Assembly (NCBI GenBank): GCA_035604215.1
Contig: DATNIW010000025.1
Coordinates: 14,824-78,823, forward strand
Length of the DNA: 64,000 nucleotides
Source: Fibrobacteria bacterium
GTDB taxonomy: Bacteria; Fibrobacterota; Fibrobacteria; UBA5070
Reading direction: 5' to 3'
Shown: positions 45,029-53,072 of the stretch, in pieces
Position numbering within the stretch: position 1 is the stretch's first letter
Layout: every line of letters begins with the position of its first letter
Translations under genes and position numbers: made by a program
The notes under the pieces: generated by a model
What the model was told of the DNA's origin: nothing
Database searches by the model: none
The model's input: the letters and a program-made list of their open reading frames with translations, nothing else

Positions 45029-47959
45029 ATGGGGTTCATGATCGCCACGATGATGTCCTCCCTTGTCGCCGCGGCGTTTTCGGTCGCAGTGCCGGATTCG
45101 AACCAGATGACCAATCCCGGCTTCGAATCCGGTTCGACAGGATGGACCTTCTGGGCCCGCGCCGCGGACTCCGGGCAGGCGACGGTCGTCGGTTCGGGAT
45201 GCCATTCCGGGGCATCCTGCCTCGACATCCTCCATCTGGGCGGCCAGGATTGGGCCGAGTCCAATACCACGGGACAAGTCGCGGTCCATCCCGGCGAAGT
45301 CTGGCAGTACAGCATCTGGGCGCGAATCGACAGTCTTCCCGGCAACGCCTCCCTGGATTTCGTGGAGTCGGACTCCAACCAGCAGGTGCTGAACTGGAAT
45401 GTCGCTTCGGCAGCACTGTCGGGGGACACGGGATGGCGGCAGACCACCACCCGTTACAGCGTACCCGAGGGCTGCGCGGGCCTCCAGGCCAGGGTCACCG
45501 GTGGAGGACACGGCCACCTCCGGCTGGACGACGCCGATTTCCGTCGCATCGCTCCGGCCCCGGCCCATTCCGGGCTCCTGCGCCTGGCCGACGATTCCCT
45601 CTCCGTGAGCATCGACCCCATGGATCTCTCCATGGCATTGGAGGATTCCATCACGGGCGACACGGTCCGTTTCGGCGCCGTCCCGGTCCTCCGGATGGAC
45701 TCCGCTCGGACGACCCCCGATTCCCTGCGGATGTTCCTCCGTTTCCTCTCCAACCTGCTTCCCCTGGAACTGGACGCCACCTTGCGGGGCGGCGCCGTCG
45801 TCCTGACCTTGCGCGCGGATTCCACCACCCCGCTGGCGTCGGAGCTTCCGTTTCCGGGACTGGTGGCGAGCAAGCCCGGTCAATTCCTGGCCATGCCTCG
45901 CGGGACGGGCCTGGCAATCCCCGTGGACGGGTCCTTGCCCTCCTCCTGGGGATTCCGTTCCAGCGAATACTGGGAGTGGCAGGTCACCCAAGCCCTGGCG
46001 GGAGCGACGGACGGCTCGACAGGATACGTCATATCCGCCGACCAGCCGTGGGACACGCGTCAATACATCGACCATTACGGCCAGACTCTGCTGTCCACCC
46101 AGATCTACCACGAGCCGGCCAAGGGTGTCTGGGCCCACGACCGCTCCCTGCTGGTCGCACCGATCCGCGGCGGCGGATGGGTCGAAATGGCCAAGCGGCA
46201 TCGTTCCCGCCTGGAACAACTCGGACTGGTACGCACGTGGACCCAGAAGATCGCGGCCAATCCCGCCACCGACCGCCTGCGCGGTGCGGTCGACTTCTGG
46301 ATCGAGGGAACCTGGAACCATGTGCCCGCCTACTTCGACACACTGCGCCTGATGGGGTTGGACAAGGCCGTCGTGAATTGGCTGGGCACGTCGGCCGAAG
46401 TCGACACGATGGTGTCCCACGGATGGCTTTCCTCCATCTACGACGACTGGTCGGACGCCTGGCCCGCCCCCCAAGACGGATCGTGGAGCTCGGAATACCC
46501 GTCCGGCGCCGTGGTCCAAGCGAACGGCAACTACCTCGACGGGTGGCTGGAGCACACGTCGAACGGCGACGTGCAGGCCCTGGAAATCTGTTCGGCGCAC
46601 CATCCGGCGATGGCCCGCCAGACCCTGACCACCGAACGCCAGACCGTGCAGCGCAACGCCCGGTTCGTGGACGTCGAACTGGCCATCACCCCAGCGGAAT
46701 GCTTCTCCACGGAACACCCGCAGAACCTGGCCCAGGATGCCGCCTCGCGCCTGGCCGCGTTGTCCATCGTCGAAGACACCTTCCACGTGGTGACCGGCAG
46801 CGAGCAGCACCGAGACTGGGCCACCGCGCACGTGGATTGGGGCGAGGGGTCCATGAGCATCGCGACCGTGGCCGACGCGGGATACGACTGGGTCACTCCG
46901 GAGGCGCCCGACGCCCACATGGACTCGTTGAGCATGACTCCTTCGATCCGGGTGCCGCTCCTCCCGCTGGCCACCCACGATGCCTTCGCTCCAAGCTGGT
47001 ACACGGGGGACGGCCAGTCCAAGGTTCCGTTGCGATGGGACGAAAAGGACGTCCTGAACGCCCTCTACTCCACGATGCCGCTCTTGATGCCGTCCGGACG
47101 CTCCATGTGGGACTCGCTGCGCGTCCGCTACCTGCGCACGGCGAATCTCCTCGGGGCCCTGCACCTGCGGACGGGATTCGAGGTCATGACGAATTTCGTC
47201 GACCTGTCGGCCGATGGGAAGGTCCAGCGCACCAGCTTCGCCAACGGATGGACGGTGACGGCGAACTTCGACGGCATCGCACGTTCCGAGGCGGGCTACC
47301 CCATTCCGTCGATGGGATTCGTCGCCACCGGGAACGGAGAGCGGATCGAGCGCTCCGTCCTGGACGGTTCCACCCGAAGCCGCGTCCGACTCTCCGACCG
47401 ATGGTTCCTGGATCCGGAAGGATCGATGGCGACCGTCGACGGGGTCCGGACCGACGGCGCGGTCTTCATGCGCCCGCAAGGCGACACGGCCCTGCTGATG
47501 TCGTTCGTGGGAGACCAGGACAGCATCGAGATCCTGCCAACCGGTCTGCCCTGGCCCGCCACCGGACTCTCCGCGCAGATCTTGGGCACCACAACCTCCG
47601 TTCCACTCGCGGCCGCCGGTTCGTCCTGGTTGCGGCTCGCCAAGGTGGGGACAAATCGCTTCTACCTCCTGAAGGGCTCGTTCGGGTCCCTCGCCGCCGT
47701 GAAGCGAGGCATCCGGATCACGAGTGGCCTGGAGGTGGTCCGCTCCGGTCCCGGATGGGATTGCCTCTGGACCCAGGATGCCCCCGCGTCGGCACGCGTC
47801 GATGTCGTGGACGCGAGCGGACGCACCCTGTTTTCTCGGGTCCTCGCCGCGCAGACGGGTGCCAACCGCCTTCCCATTCCCGCCACGGGTGGACCGGCAT
47901 GGATCCGGCTCCGTACCGCTTCCGCGACGGAGGTCGCCGCGGTGCCGATGGTGCGGTAG
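45029..47959 (+). CDS. Large secreted protein: signal peptide, CBM4/9-like carbohydrate-binding module, large Trp-rich catalytic-like region, C-terminal beta domain (possible sorting domain)
   Basis: About 976 aa (ATG 45029 or 45038). Signal peptide 'MIATMMSSLVAAAFSVAVP'. 'NPGFESGSTGWTFW...GHGHLRLDDADF' resembles the CBM_4_9 N- and C-terminal strands. The central region is not assignable to a glycoside hydrolase family by eye. The C-terminal 'ARVDVVDASGRTLFSRVLAAQTGANRLPIPATGGPAWIRLRTAS' has the alternating pattern of secretion-system C-terminal domains. Confidence 0.55.
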   Translation: MGFMIATMMSSLVAAAFSVAVPDSNQMTNPGFESGSTGWTFWARAADSGQATVVGSGCHSGASCLDILHLGGQDWAESNTTGQVAVHPGEVWQYSIWARIDSLPGNASLDFVESDSNQQVLNWNVASAALSGDTGWRQTTTRYSVPEGCAGLQARVTGGGHGHLRLDDADFRRIAPAPAHSGLLRLADDSLSVSIDPMDLSMALEDSITGDTVRFGAVPVLRMDSARTTPDSLRMFLRFLSNLLPLELDATLRGGAVVLTLRADSTTPLASELPFPGLVASKPGQFLAMPRGTGLAIPVDGSLPSSWGFRSSEYWEWQVTQALAGATDGSTGYVISADQPWDTRQYIDHYGQTLLSTQIYHEPAKGVWAHDRSLLVAPIRGGGWVEMAKRHRSRLEQLGLVRTWTQKIAANPATDRLRGAVDFWIEGTWNHVPAYFDTLRLMGLDKAVVNWLGTSAEVDTMVSHGWLSSIYDDWSDAWPAPQDGSWSSEYPSGAVVQANGNYLDGWLEHTSNGDVQALEICSAHHPAMARQTLTTERQTVQRNARFVDVELAITPAECFSTEHPQNLAQDAASRLAALSIVEDTFHVVTGSEQHRDWATAHVDWGEGSMSIATVADAGYDWVTPEAPDAHMDSLSMTPSIRVPLLPLATHDAFAPSWYTGDGQSKVPLRWDEKDVLNALYSTMPLLMPSGRSMWDSLRVRYLRTANLLGALHLRTGFEVMTNFVDLSADGKVQRTSFANGWTVTANFDGIARSEAGYPIPSMGFVATGNGERIERSVLDGSTRSRVRLSDRWFLDPEGSMATVDGVRTDGAVFMRPQGDTALLMSFVGDQDSIEILPTGLPWPATGLSAQILGTTTSVPLAAAGSSWLRLAKVGTNRFYLLKGSFGSLAAVKRGIRITSGLEVVRSGPGWDCLWTQDAPASARVDVVDASGRTLFSRVLAAQTGANRLPIPATGGPAWIRLRTASATEVAAVPMVR

Positions 47960-48122
47960 TCGAACATCGACACGACATCACCGCTCGGGCTGAAGCCCTT
48001 CGCCTTCCAACCTCGCCCGAATTGGTCGGGCTCGGGTCCATGGGATCACGCTTTCGCCCGGTAGGGCGTTGTCCCAGCGATGGACTTCAGTCCGAGCCCG
48101 TTGCCGCTGTGACAGAATTCGT

Positions 48123-49340
48123 CTAACAGGCCAGCAAGGTCCCCGGATACTCGGCTTCCGCCAATGCCGCCAGGAGCGCCTGGGGATCCGCGTTTCCCTG
48201 CACGGTCGCGGTCTTCGAAGCCACGTCCACGCTTACCTCCTCGACGCCGGCAACGGGCTTCAAGGCCTTGGTCACGTGGCGGGCGCAGTTGTCGCAGGTG
48301 ATGGAGGGGATGGAAAATTTCACCACGGACTCCGATGTTGGGGTTTTGCGGAATGAAGGAAGGCGGACGTCCCGGAACATGAGGACCAGGAGAAGGACAC
48401 CGGAGGAGTTCTCCCACCAGGAAAGATGCATGGGACAGACGGCCCGGATGGCGGGGATGGCGCCCACGGCTCCCAACCAGTCGACAAGCGCACCGGCGCC
48501 CACGGCGGTGAGCACCACTGCGCCCAGGTAGGCGTACAGCGCGCGCCGACCCAGCACGGATCCCACGAAGGCCAGAGTGGCGGTGTTGGTGGCGGGGCCA
48601 ACGGCCAGGAACACCAAGGCGGCTCCCGGACTCAAGCCCTTTGCGACAAGGCTCGCGGCGATGGGGATGGAGCCTGTGGCGCACACGTACAGGGGGCCGC
48701 TGGCCAGGAGCATGGCCGCGTAGGAAAGCACCGGATGGGAAAGCCATCCGTCGAAGATCCCCCGGGGCAGGATCCAGGCGAGAAGACCGCCCAGCGCGAT
48801 ACCCACCAGCAGCCATTTCCTCAGCGAGAAGAGGATTTCCCCGAAACCGTGTTCCCAGGCGATGGACAAGATCCGCCAAAAGCTCCGTGGCTGCGTCCGC
48901 GGTTCCGGATCGGGACCGCAGATGGTTTCCTCCGAGGACTTGGGCGACGCCATCTCCACCGCCCAGCCCACGGCCAATCCGGAAAGCACGGCGTATACGA
49001 GTCTGAATCCGGCGAAGGTGGCTCCCAGCATACCCCACGTCGCGGAGATGGAATCCACACCGGTGCTGGGCGTTGAGGCAAGGAAGGTCGCGGTGGCCCC
49101 CTTGCCGGCACCGTCCCTGCGCAGATGTTGGGCCACGGGAAGCACCCCGCAGGAACAGAGGGGAAGGGGAATCCCGGCGATCGCCGCCCGGACGATCGGA
49201 CCGGCTCCGCGCCCAGACAGGTACTTGCGCACCCAACTCGATGGAACCAGCACATGGAGGATCCCCGCCAGGACGAGTCCAAGCAGCAGATACGGCGAAA
49301 TCGTGGCCGCGGTCGTCCAAATGGCGGAAAGCAGGCTCAA
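48123..49340 (-). CDS. PF03773-type permease fused to C-terminal heavy-metal-associated (HMA) domain (SO_0444-like Cu/Zn efflux transporter)
   Basis: 405 aa. Intramembrane 'GIPLPLCSCGVLP' (CSC motif as in ArsP/PF03773 permeases). The C-terminal soluble domain 'FSIPSITCDNCARHVTKAL' has a ferredoxin-like HMA fold with a CxxC-type metal site. Confidence 0.65.
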   Translation of the reverse strand: MSLLSAIWTTAATISPYLLLGLVLAGILHVLVPSSWVRKYLSGRGAGPIVRAAIAGIPLPLCSCGVLPVAQHLRRDGAGKGATATFLASTPSTGVDSISATWGMLGATFAGFRLVYAVLSGLAVGWAVEMASPKSSEETICGPDPEPRTQPRSFWRILSIAWEHGFGEILFSLRKWLLVGIALGGLLAWILPRGIFDGWLSHPVLSYAAMLLASGPLYVCATGSIPIAASLVAKGLSPGAALVFLAVGPATNTATLAFVGSVLGRRALYAYLGAVVLTAVGAGALVDWLGAVGAIPAIRAVCPMHLSWWENSSGVLLLVLMFRDVRLPSFRKTPTSESVVKFSIPSITCDNCARHVTKALKPVAGVEEVSVDVASKTATVQGNADPQALLAALAEAEYPGTLLAC

Positions 49341-50239
49341 GGCGACGCCGACCTGTAGGATCTGTACTGCCCCGCCAACTCGCGGGCCGAGACCAATGCG
49401 GATTCGCGCCTCGAGGTGTCAACAAGATCCGTCAACAGATGGTCGGCCAGGGCGTGGTCCGCCCCATCCTTCGATTCCAGGAGGGCCGCGATTCCATCCA
49501 TGAAATCGGCGGAATCGGAACCCAAAGGCACATGGTTCCGCAGGAGCAAGTCTCCGATCTTGCCCCGGAATTGGAGGCGGACCAAGGGGTCGTTCACCTC
49601 CTCGTAGGTCTTCAGCAGGAGGGACATGGCTTCCTCCGGTTTGCCGCTCTTGTGCAGCAGTATGAAGGAGAGGTCGCGGGCGTATTGGGGAACCTTCGCA
49701 TCCAAGGTCGAAAGAGGCAACAAGATCTTGGCGGCGGAGTCGCGGGCGACGGTTGAATCGATGTCATGTGCCTCAAGCACGTACTGGGCCCAAGTCAACC
49801 TGAATTTCCATTCCTTGGGAAATCGGTGAGCTCCATCCTCGAGGAAGGGAAGAGCGTCCCGCGAGGAATATCCTTTGAGCTGGGGAATCGCCCAGGCCGC
49901 GATGAGTCGGGGATGGGACCACAGCGTATCCAGCCCCGAAGTCAACGCGAAGCTGGAGACGACTGGACCTGGAGCATCCATCTCGAACAGGACCCCCGCG
50001 TACGCGAAGATGGACTCCACCCAAGCAGTGGCACCCAGCAGGCCGCCGTACCCAGCGGTCATCTCCGAGATCCTGGCGATCTCCTGGTTCGTCAGGGGAT
50101 GCGTGGCGACCGAACGAATCGTTCCTTGCCCGAGGGAACATTTCATCGCGCCCAATTGGGAAACGCCCAGCGCCCCCGCCAGAAGAAACCAGATCGCGGC
50201 ACCTCTTGTCCGAGTTCCCGGATCCCTTGTCTCCCACAT
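49337..50239 (-). CDS. Hypothetical exported/periplasmic protein co-transcribed with the permease-HMA gene
   Basis: 300 aa. AGGAG RBS before ATG 50239. N-terminal hydrophobic segment 'AAIWFLLAGALGVSQLGAM'. Its stop overlaps the downstream ATG (4 nt). No family recognised. Confidence 0.45.
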   Translation of the reverse strand: MWETRDPGTRTRGAAIWFLLAGALGVSQLGAMKCSLGQGTIRSVATHPLTNQEIARISEMTAGYGGLLGATAWVESIFAYAGVLFEMDAPGPVVSSFALTSGLDTLWSHPRLIAAWAIPQLKGYSSRDALPFLEDGAHRFPKEWKFRLTWAQYVLEAHDIDSTVARDSAAKILLPLSTLDAKVPQYARDLSFILLHKSGKPEEAMSLLLKTYEEVNDPLVRLQFRGKIGDLLLRNHVPLGSDSADFMDGIAALLESKDGADHALADHLLTDLVDTSRRESALVSARELAGQYRSYRSASP

Positions 50240-50287
50240 TGGCGATGCTCCTGCCTAAGTACTGGGAGCGCTTCCCAGCTATTCCAA

Positions 50288-50317
50288 ACCAAAACGAAAA
50301 GGGGGGACTTTCCCCCC
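50288..50317 (-). terminator. Rho-independent terminator of the pilin gene
   Basis: On the minus strand, GGGGGGAAAGTCCCCCC hairpin (50301-50317) followed immediately by TTTTCGTTTTGGTTT (forward 50288-50300). It lies 32 nt downstream of the pilin stop. Confidence 0.55.
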
Positions 50318-50348
50318 TTCACAAATTATCCGAAATTTCCGGTCAGGA

Positions 50349-50918
50349 TCACGGACAAGCTGCAGCTATGACACCACCGGCGATCGAGGCGAGAGTCGGG
50401 CTGGCCGTGGGATCAACCATTTGATTCCCGTTGTTGTCGATACAGGCGATGTCCGTGGCATTCTTGAGATAGGTGCCGTTGCCACCCTTGATATTCGCTC
50501 CATTGGTGTTCGGGGTGGCCGATGCAAGAGTGATGGCCGCACCGGTCGTCAAAGCAACAGGCAGCGCGGCGGGGGTCGAAAACTCGGTGAGTTGTGCCGC
50601 CACGGCAGGCCCAACTGCTGTCTTCGCGAGTCCGTAGGCGAAATTGGCGCTGGTCGTGGTCGCCGTCGCGACGGGGCCATTCAGGCCGGGGACATCCCAC
50701 CCGACAGCCTGCAGCGAACCATATACGCCACCTTGGCTTTCCTGTACGAAGGCGGACTCCAGGGTGTAGATCTCCTTCAGCACCGGCTTGAATTCAGTGG
50801 CTTTGGCTTTGGCGGTGGCCCCCAGGAAACGGGGGATGGCCAAGGCGGCCAAGATGCCGATGATCACGATGACGACCATCAGTTCCACGAGGGTGAATCC
50901 TTTGCGCAACGATTTCAT
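50349..50918 (-). CDS. Type IV pilin (prepilin-type N-terminal cleavage/methylation domain)
   Basis: 189 aa from ATG 50918 with a very strong RBS (ATAGGAGGAGCACC-ATG). 'MKSLRKGFTLVELMVVIVIIGILAALAIP' is the canonical class III signal (G-1, F+1, E+5). Ala/Thr/Gly-rich variable C-terminal region ending '...AAACP'. Confidence 0.85.
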   Translation of the reverse strand: MKSLRKGFTLVELMVVIVIIGILAALAIPRFLGATAKAKATEFKPVLKEIYTLESAFVQESQGGVYGSLQAVGWDVPGLNGPVATATTTSANFAYGLAKTAVGPAVAAQLTEFSTPAALPVALTTGAAITLASATPNTNGANIKGGNGTYLKNATDIACIDNNGNQMVDPTASPTLASIAGGVIAAACP

Positions 50919-51116
50919 GGTGCTCCTCCTATGATTGAACGCGGTGGGGCTAACCGCAGTTGCCGGAATATGAATCACAATTCATGCCAGCCATCATATA
51001 TGGCGGATACCCGCCAAAATGCGATAAAAAACTTAAATATCTAAAGAGCTTATAAAAGATATCCACATAGTGTTATCAACTATTGACTGCTGACAGCAGG
51101 TGTACTTTTCGAGCCC
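50919..51116. promoter_or_regulatory. AT-rich divergent intergenic island between pilin and ribBX with palindromes
   Basis: About 200 nt that are conspicuously AT-rich in a GC-rich genome. It contains perfect inverted repeats GGCGG-ATAC-CCGCC (51002-51015) and CTGCTG-A-CAGCAG (51087-51099), several -10/-35-like hexamers, and a sigma54-like TGGCAT-N5-TTGTG on the pilin strand. Confidence 0.4.
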
Positions 51117-52289
51117 ATGACCTCCAAGCGCGACTCGCTCTTCGATCCGGTGGAAGCTTCCATCACCGCCTTGCGGCAGGGCCGGATGTGCATTGTGTGC
51201 GACGACGAGGACCGGGAAAACGAAGGGGATCTTGTGATGGCCGCCGACGCCGTCACCCCGGACGCCATCAACTTCATGGCCTCCCACGGCCGAGGCTTGA
51301 TCTGTTGCGCCCTGACCGAGGATCGGGTGCAGGCTCTCCAGTTGCCCATGATGACGCGCCACAACACCGCACCGCTGCAGACGGCGTTCACGGTTTCCGT
51401 GGAAGCCCGAACGGGAACCTCCACCGGCATTTCCGCAGCCGACCGTTCCCGCACCGTCCAAGTTCTTGTGGACCCCTCGGCGACCTGGGACGACCTGGTG
51501 GTTCCAGGACACATGTTCCCCTTGGTGGCGCGGGACGGAGGGGTGTTGGTCCGTTCCGGTCAGACCGAGGCATCCGTGGATCTCGCACGCATCGCCGGAC
51601 ATTCTCCCGCGGGTGTCATCTGCGAGATCATGGCCGACGACGGCACCATGATGCGCGTCCCCGAACTGCGACGTTTCGCGGACCGCTGGGCCATTCCCCT
51701 GTGTTCCATCGCGGACCTGATCGAATACAGGAGGCGCACGGAAGTCCTGGTGGAGTCGGTGTCGACGCAGACCGTCCACTGGGAAGGCACAGACCTGCGC
51801 GTGACGCGATGGCGCGATCGGGTCCGCGGGGCCTCGCACGTGTCCGTGGTTTCTGGTGACGTTCGCACCGACTCCACCACCCTGGTGCGGGTGCAGGCCG
51901 AACCCTCCACCGCGAGTTGGGGATTGGTGGGAGCTGCTCGCGAGCTCCAGAATCTGCACGCCGCGCTGGACCGGGTGAGCCAGGGTGGCGGCGTGTTCCT
52001 GATCCTGGCCACCCTCCCCGCACCGGGATCCAGCCGTCCGGAACTGCCCCCCATTTCCTTGGATGGGGAGGCCGGACGGATTCCGTCCGACCCGCAGGCC
52101 TTCGGGATCGGGGCCCAGATCCTGTTCCAACTGGGCGTGCGGAACCTCCGCCTGCTGACGAACAGGCCGCGGAGGATCGTGGGGTTGCACGGCTACGGCC
52201 TGTCCATCGAAGGATTCGAGTCCTTCAGCACCAGCACGGAAGACGCCCGGGGCGACTTCCTGGAAAGGTTCCTGGCGCTCTTGGGGTAG
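51117..52289 (+). CDS. ribBX: 3,4-dihydroxy-2-butanone-4-phosphate synthase fused to a degenerate GTP-cyclohydrolase-II-like domain (RibBX type)
   Basis: 390 aa. The N-terminal half carries RibB motifs ('VCDDEDRENEGDLVMAA', 'RGLICCALT', 'TGTSTGISAADRS'). The C-terminal half retains the GCHII fold signature 'DPQAFGIGAQILFQLGVRNLRLLTNRPRRIVGLHGYGL' but lacks the Zn-binding Cys triad (no Cys at all in the region where RibA has C..C.C). Confidence 0.78.
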   Translation: MTSKRDSLFDPVEASITALRQGRMCIVCDDEDRENEGDLVMAADAVTPDAINFMASHGRGLICCALTEDRVQALQLPMMTRHNTAPLQTAFTVSVEARTGTSTGISAADRSRTVQVLVDPSATWDDLVVPGHMFPLVARDGGVLVRSGQTEASVDLARIAGHSPAGVICEIMADDGTMMRVPELRRFADRWAIPLCSIADLIEYRRRTEVLVESVSTQTVHWEGTDLRVTRWRDRVRGASHVSVVSGDVRTDSTTLVRVQAEPSTASWGLVGAARELQNLHAALDRVSQGGGVFLILATLPAPGSSRPELPPISLDGEAGRIPSDPQAFGIGAQILFQLGVRNLRLLTNRPRRIVGLHGYGLSIEGFESFSTSTEDARGDFLERFLALLG

Positions 52290-52309
52290 AAGCACCCTGT
52301 ATCGGCGGA

Positions 52310-53008
52310 TCAAGGAAGGTCGAAAACGAGGATTTCCGAATCTTCCAGCGCCCGAAAATCGAGACGGATTTCCTCCCGCACCGCCAACCCGTCCCCTGCT
52401 GAAACCACCTCTCCTGCCGTCCCGACACTTCCTCGCGATACCTGCACCCAGGAATTTCGTGCAGCACCGATCCCGATGGAGACGTCCGCACCCGGCTTCA
52501 AGCGCGCGATGGAGAGGGTGGCGTCCTGCCGTATGCGCACCGATCCCTCGCGACCGTCCGGACTCGCCACCGGAGCGAAGGTCCCGTCCAATCTTCCCGG
52601 ATCCACCAACCTCTGTTCATAGGCCGGCGCACCCCCAGGCGCGTCGGGCACGATCCATATCTGCAGGAAATGCAACGGGGAATCCGCGGAAGGGTTGAAT
52701 TCGGAGTGCCGGATTCCGGTTCCCGCGCTCATGCGCTGGATCTCTCCGGGACGAAGCACCTCGCCGTTGCCAAGGCTGTCCCGATGCTCGATGGCTCCTT
52801 CCAGGACCCACGACAGGATCTCCATGTCCCGGTGTCCATGCATCCCGAATCCCTGCCCCGGGAGCACGCGGTCCTCGTTCAGGACCCTCAGCACCGAGAA
52901 TCCGGACCATGCCGGATCGTGGTATTCCCCGAAACTGAAGGTGTGACGCGTGTCCAACCAGCCGAAGTCGAATCTTCCTCGATCCCCGGCCCGTCGCATC
53001 TGGATCAT
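52310..53008 (-). CDS. Pirin-family protein (bicupin)
   Basis: 232 aa. 'GFSVLRVLNEDRVLPGQGFGMHGHRDMEILSWVLEGAIEHRDSLGNGEVLRPGEIQRMSAGTGIRHSEFN' is the pirin N-terminal metal-binding cupin (H, H, H, E ligands). Confidence 0.85.
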   Translation of the reverse strand: MIQMRRAGDRGRFDFGWLDTRHTFSFGEYHDPAWSGFSVLRVLNEDRVLPGQGFGMHGHRDMEILSWVLEGAIEHRDSLGNGEVLRPGEIQRMSAGTGIRHSEFNPSADSPLHFLQIWIVPDAPGGAPAYEQRLVDPGRLDGTFAPVASPDGREGSVRIRQDATLSIARLKPGADVSIGIGAARNSWVQVSRGSVGTAGEVVSAGDGLAVREEIRLDFRALEDSEILVFDLP

Positions 53009-53072
53009 GGCTCCCCCCCCGTCCGGTGCCGTGACGGCCCCTGAACGTGAGCAGATTACAAACCCACGAGCT

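Noticed and set aside
47960-48122. Structured RNA or terminator between the convergent CBM-protein and permease-HMA genes (GGGCTGAAGCCC ... GGACTTCAGTCC segments)
   Set aside because: The complementary segments are imperfect and about 100 nt apart. There is no convincing hairpin/U-tract or conserved RNA motif.
50974-50990. sigma54 promoter upstream of the pilin gene (CTGGCATGAATTGTGAT on the minus strand)
   Set aside because: The -24 GG is present but the -12 element lacks the invariant GC (TTGTG instead of TTGCA). It is kept only as a weak candidate inside the AT-rich island finding.
50980-51116. FMN (RFN) riboswitch in the ribBX leader
   Set aside because: The leader is AT-rich and lacks the conserved GC-rich RFN blocks and five-helix junction. 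No riboswitch-like structure is evident.
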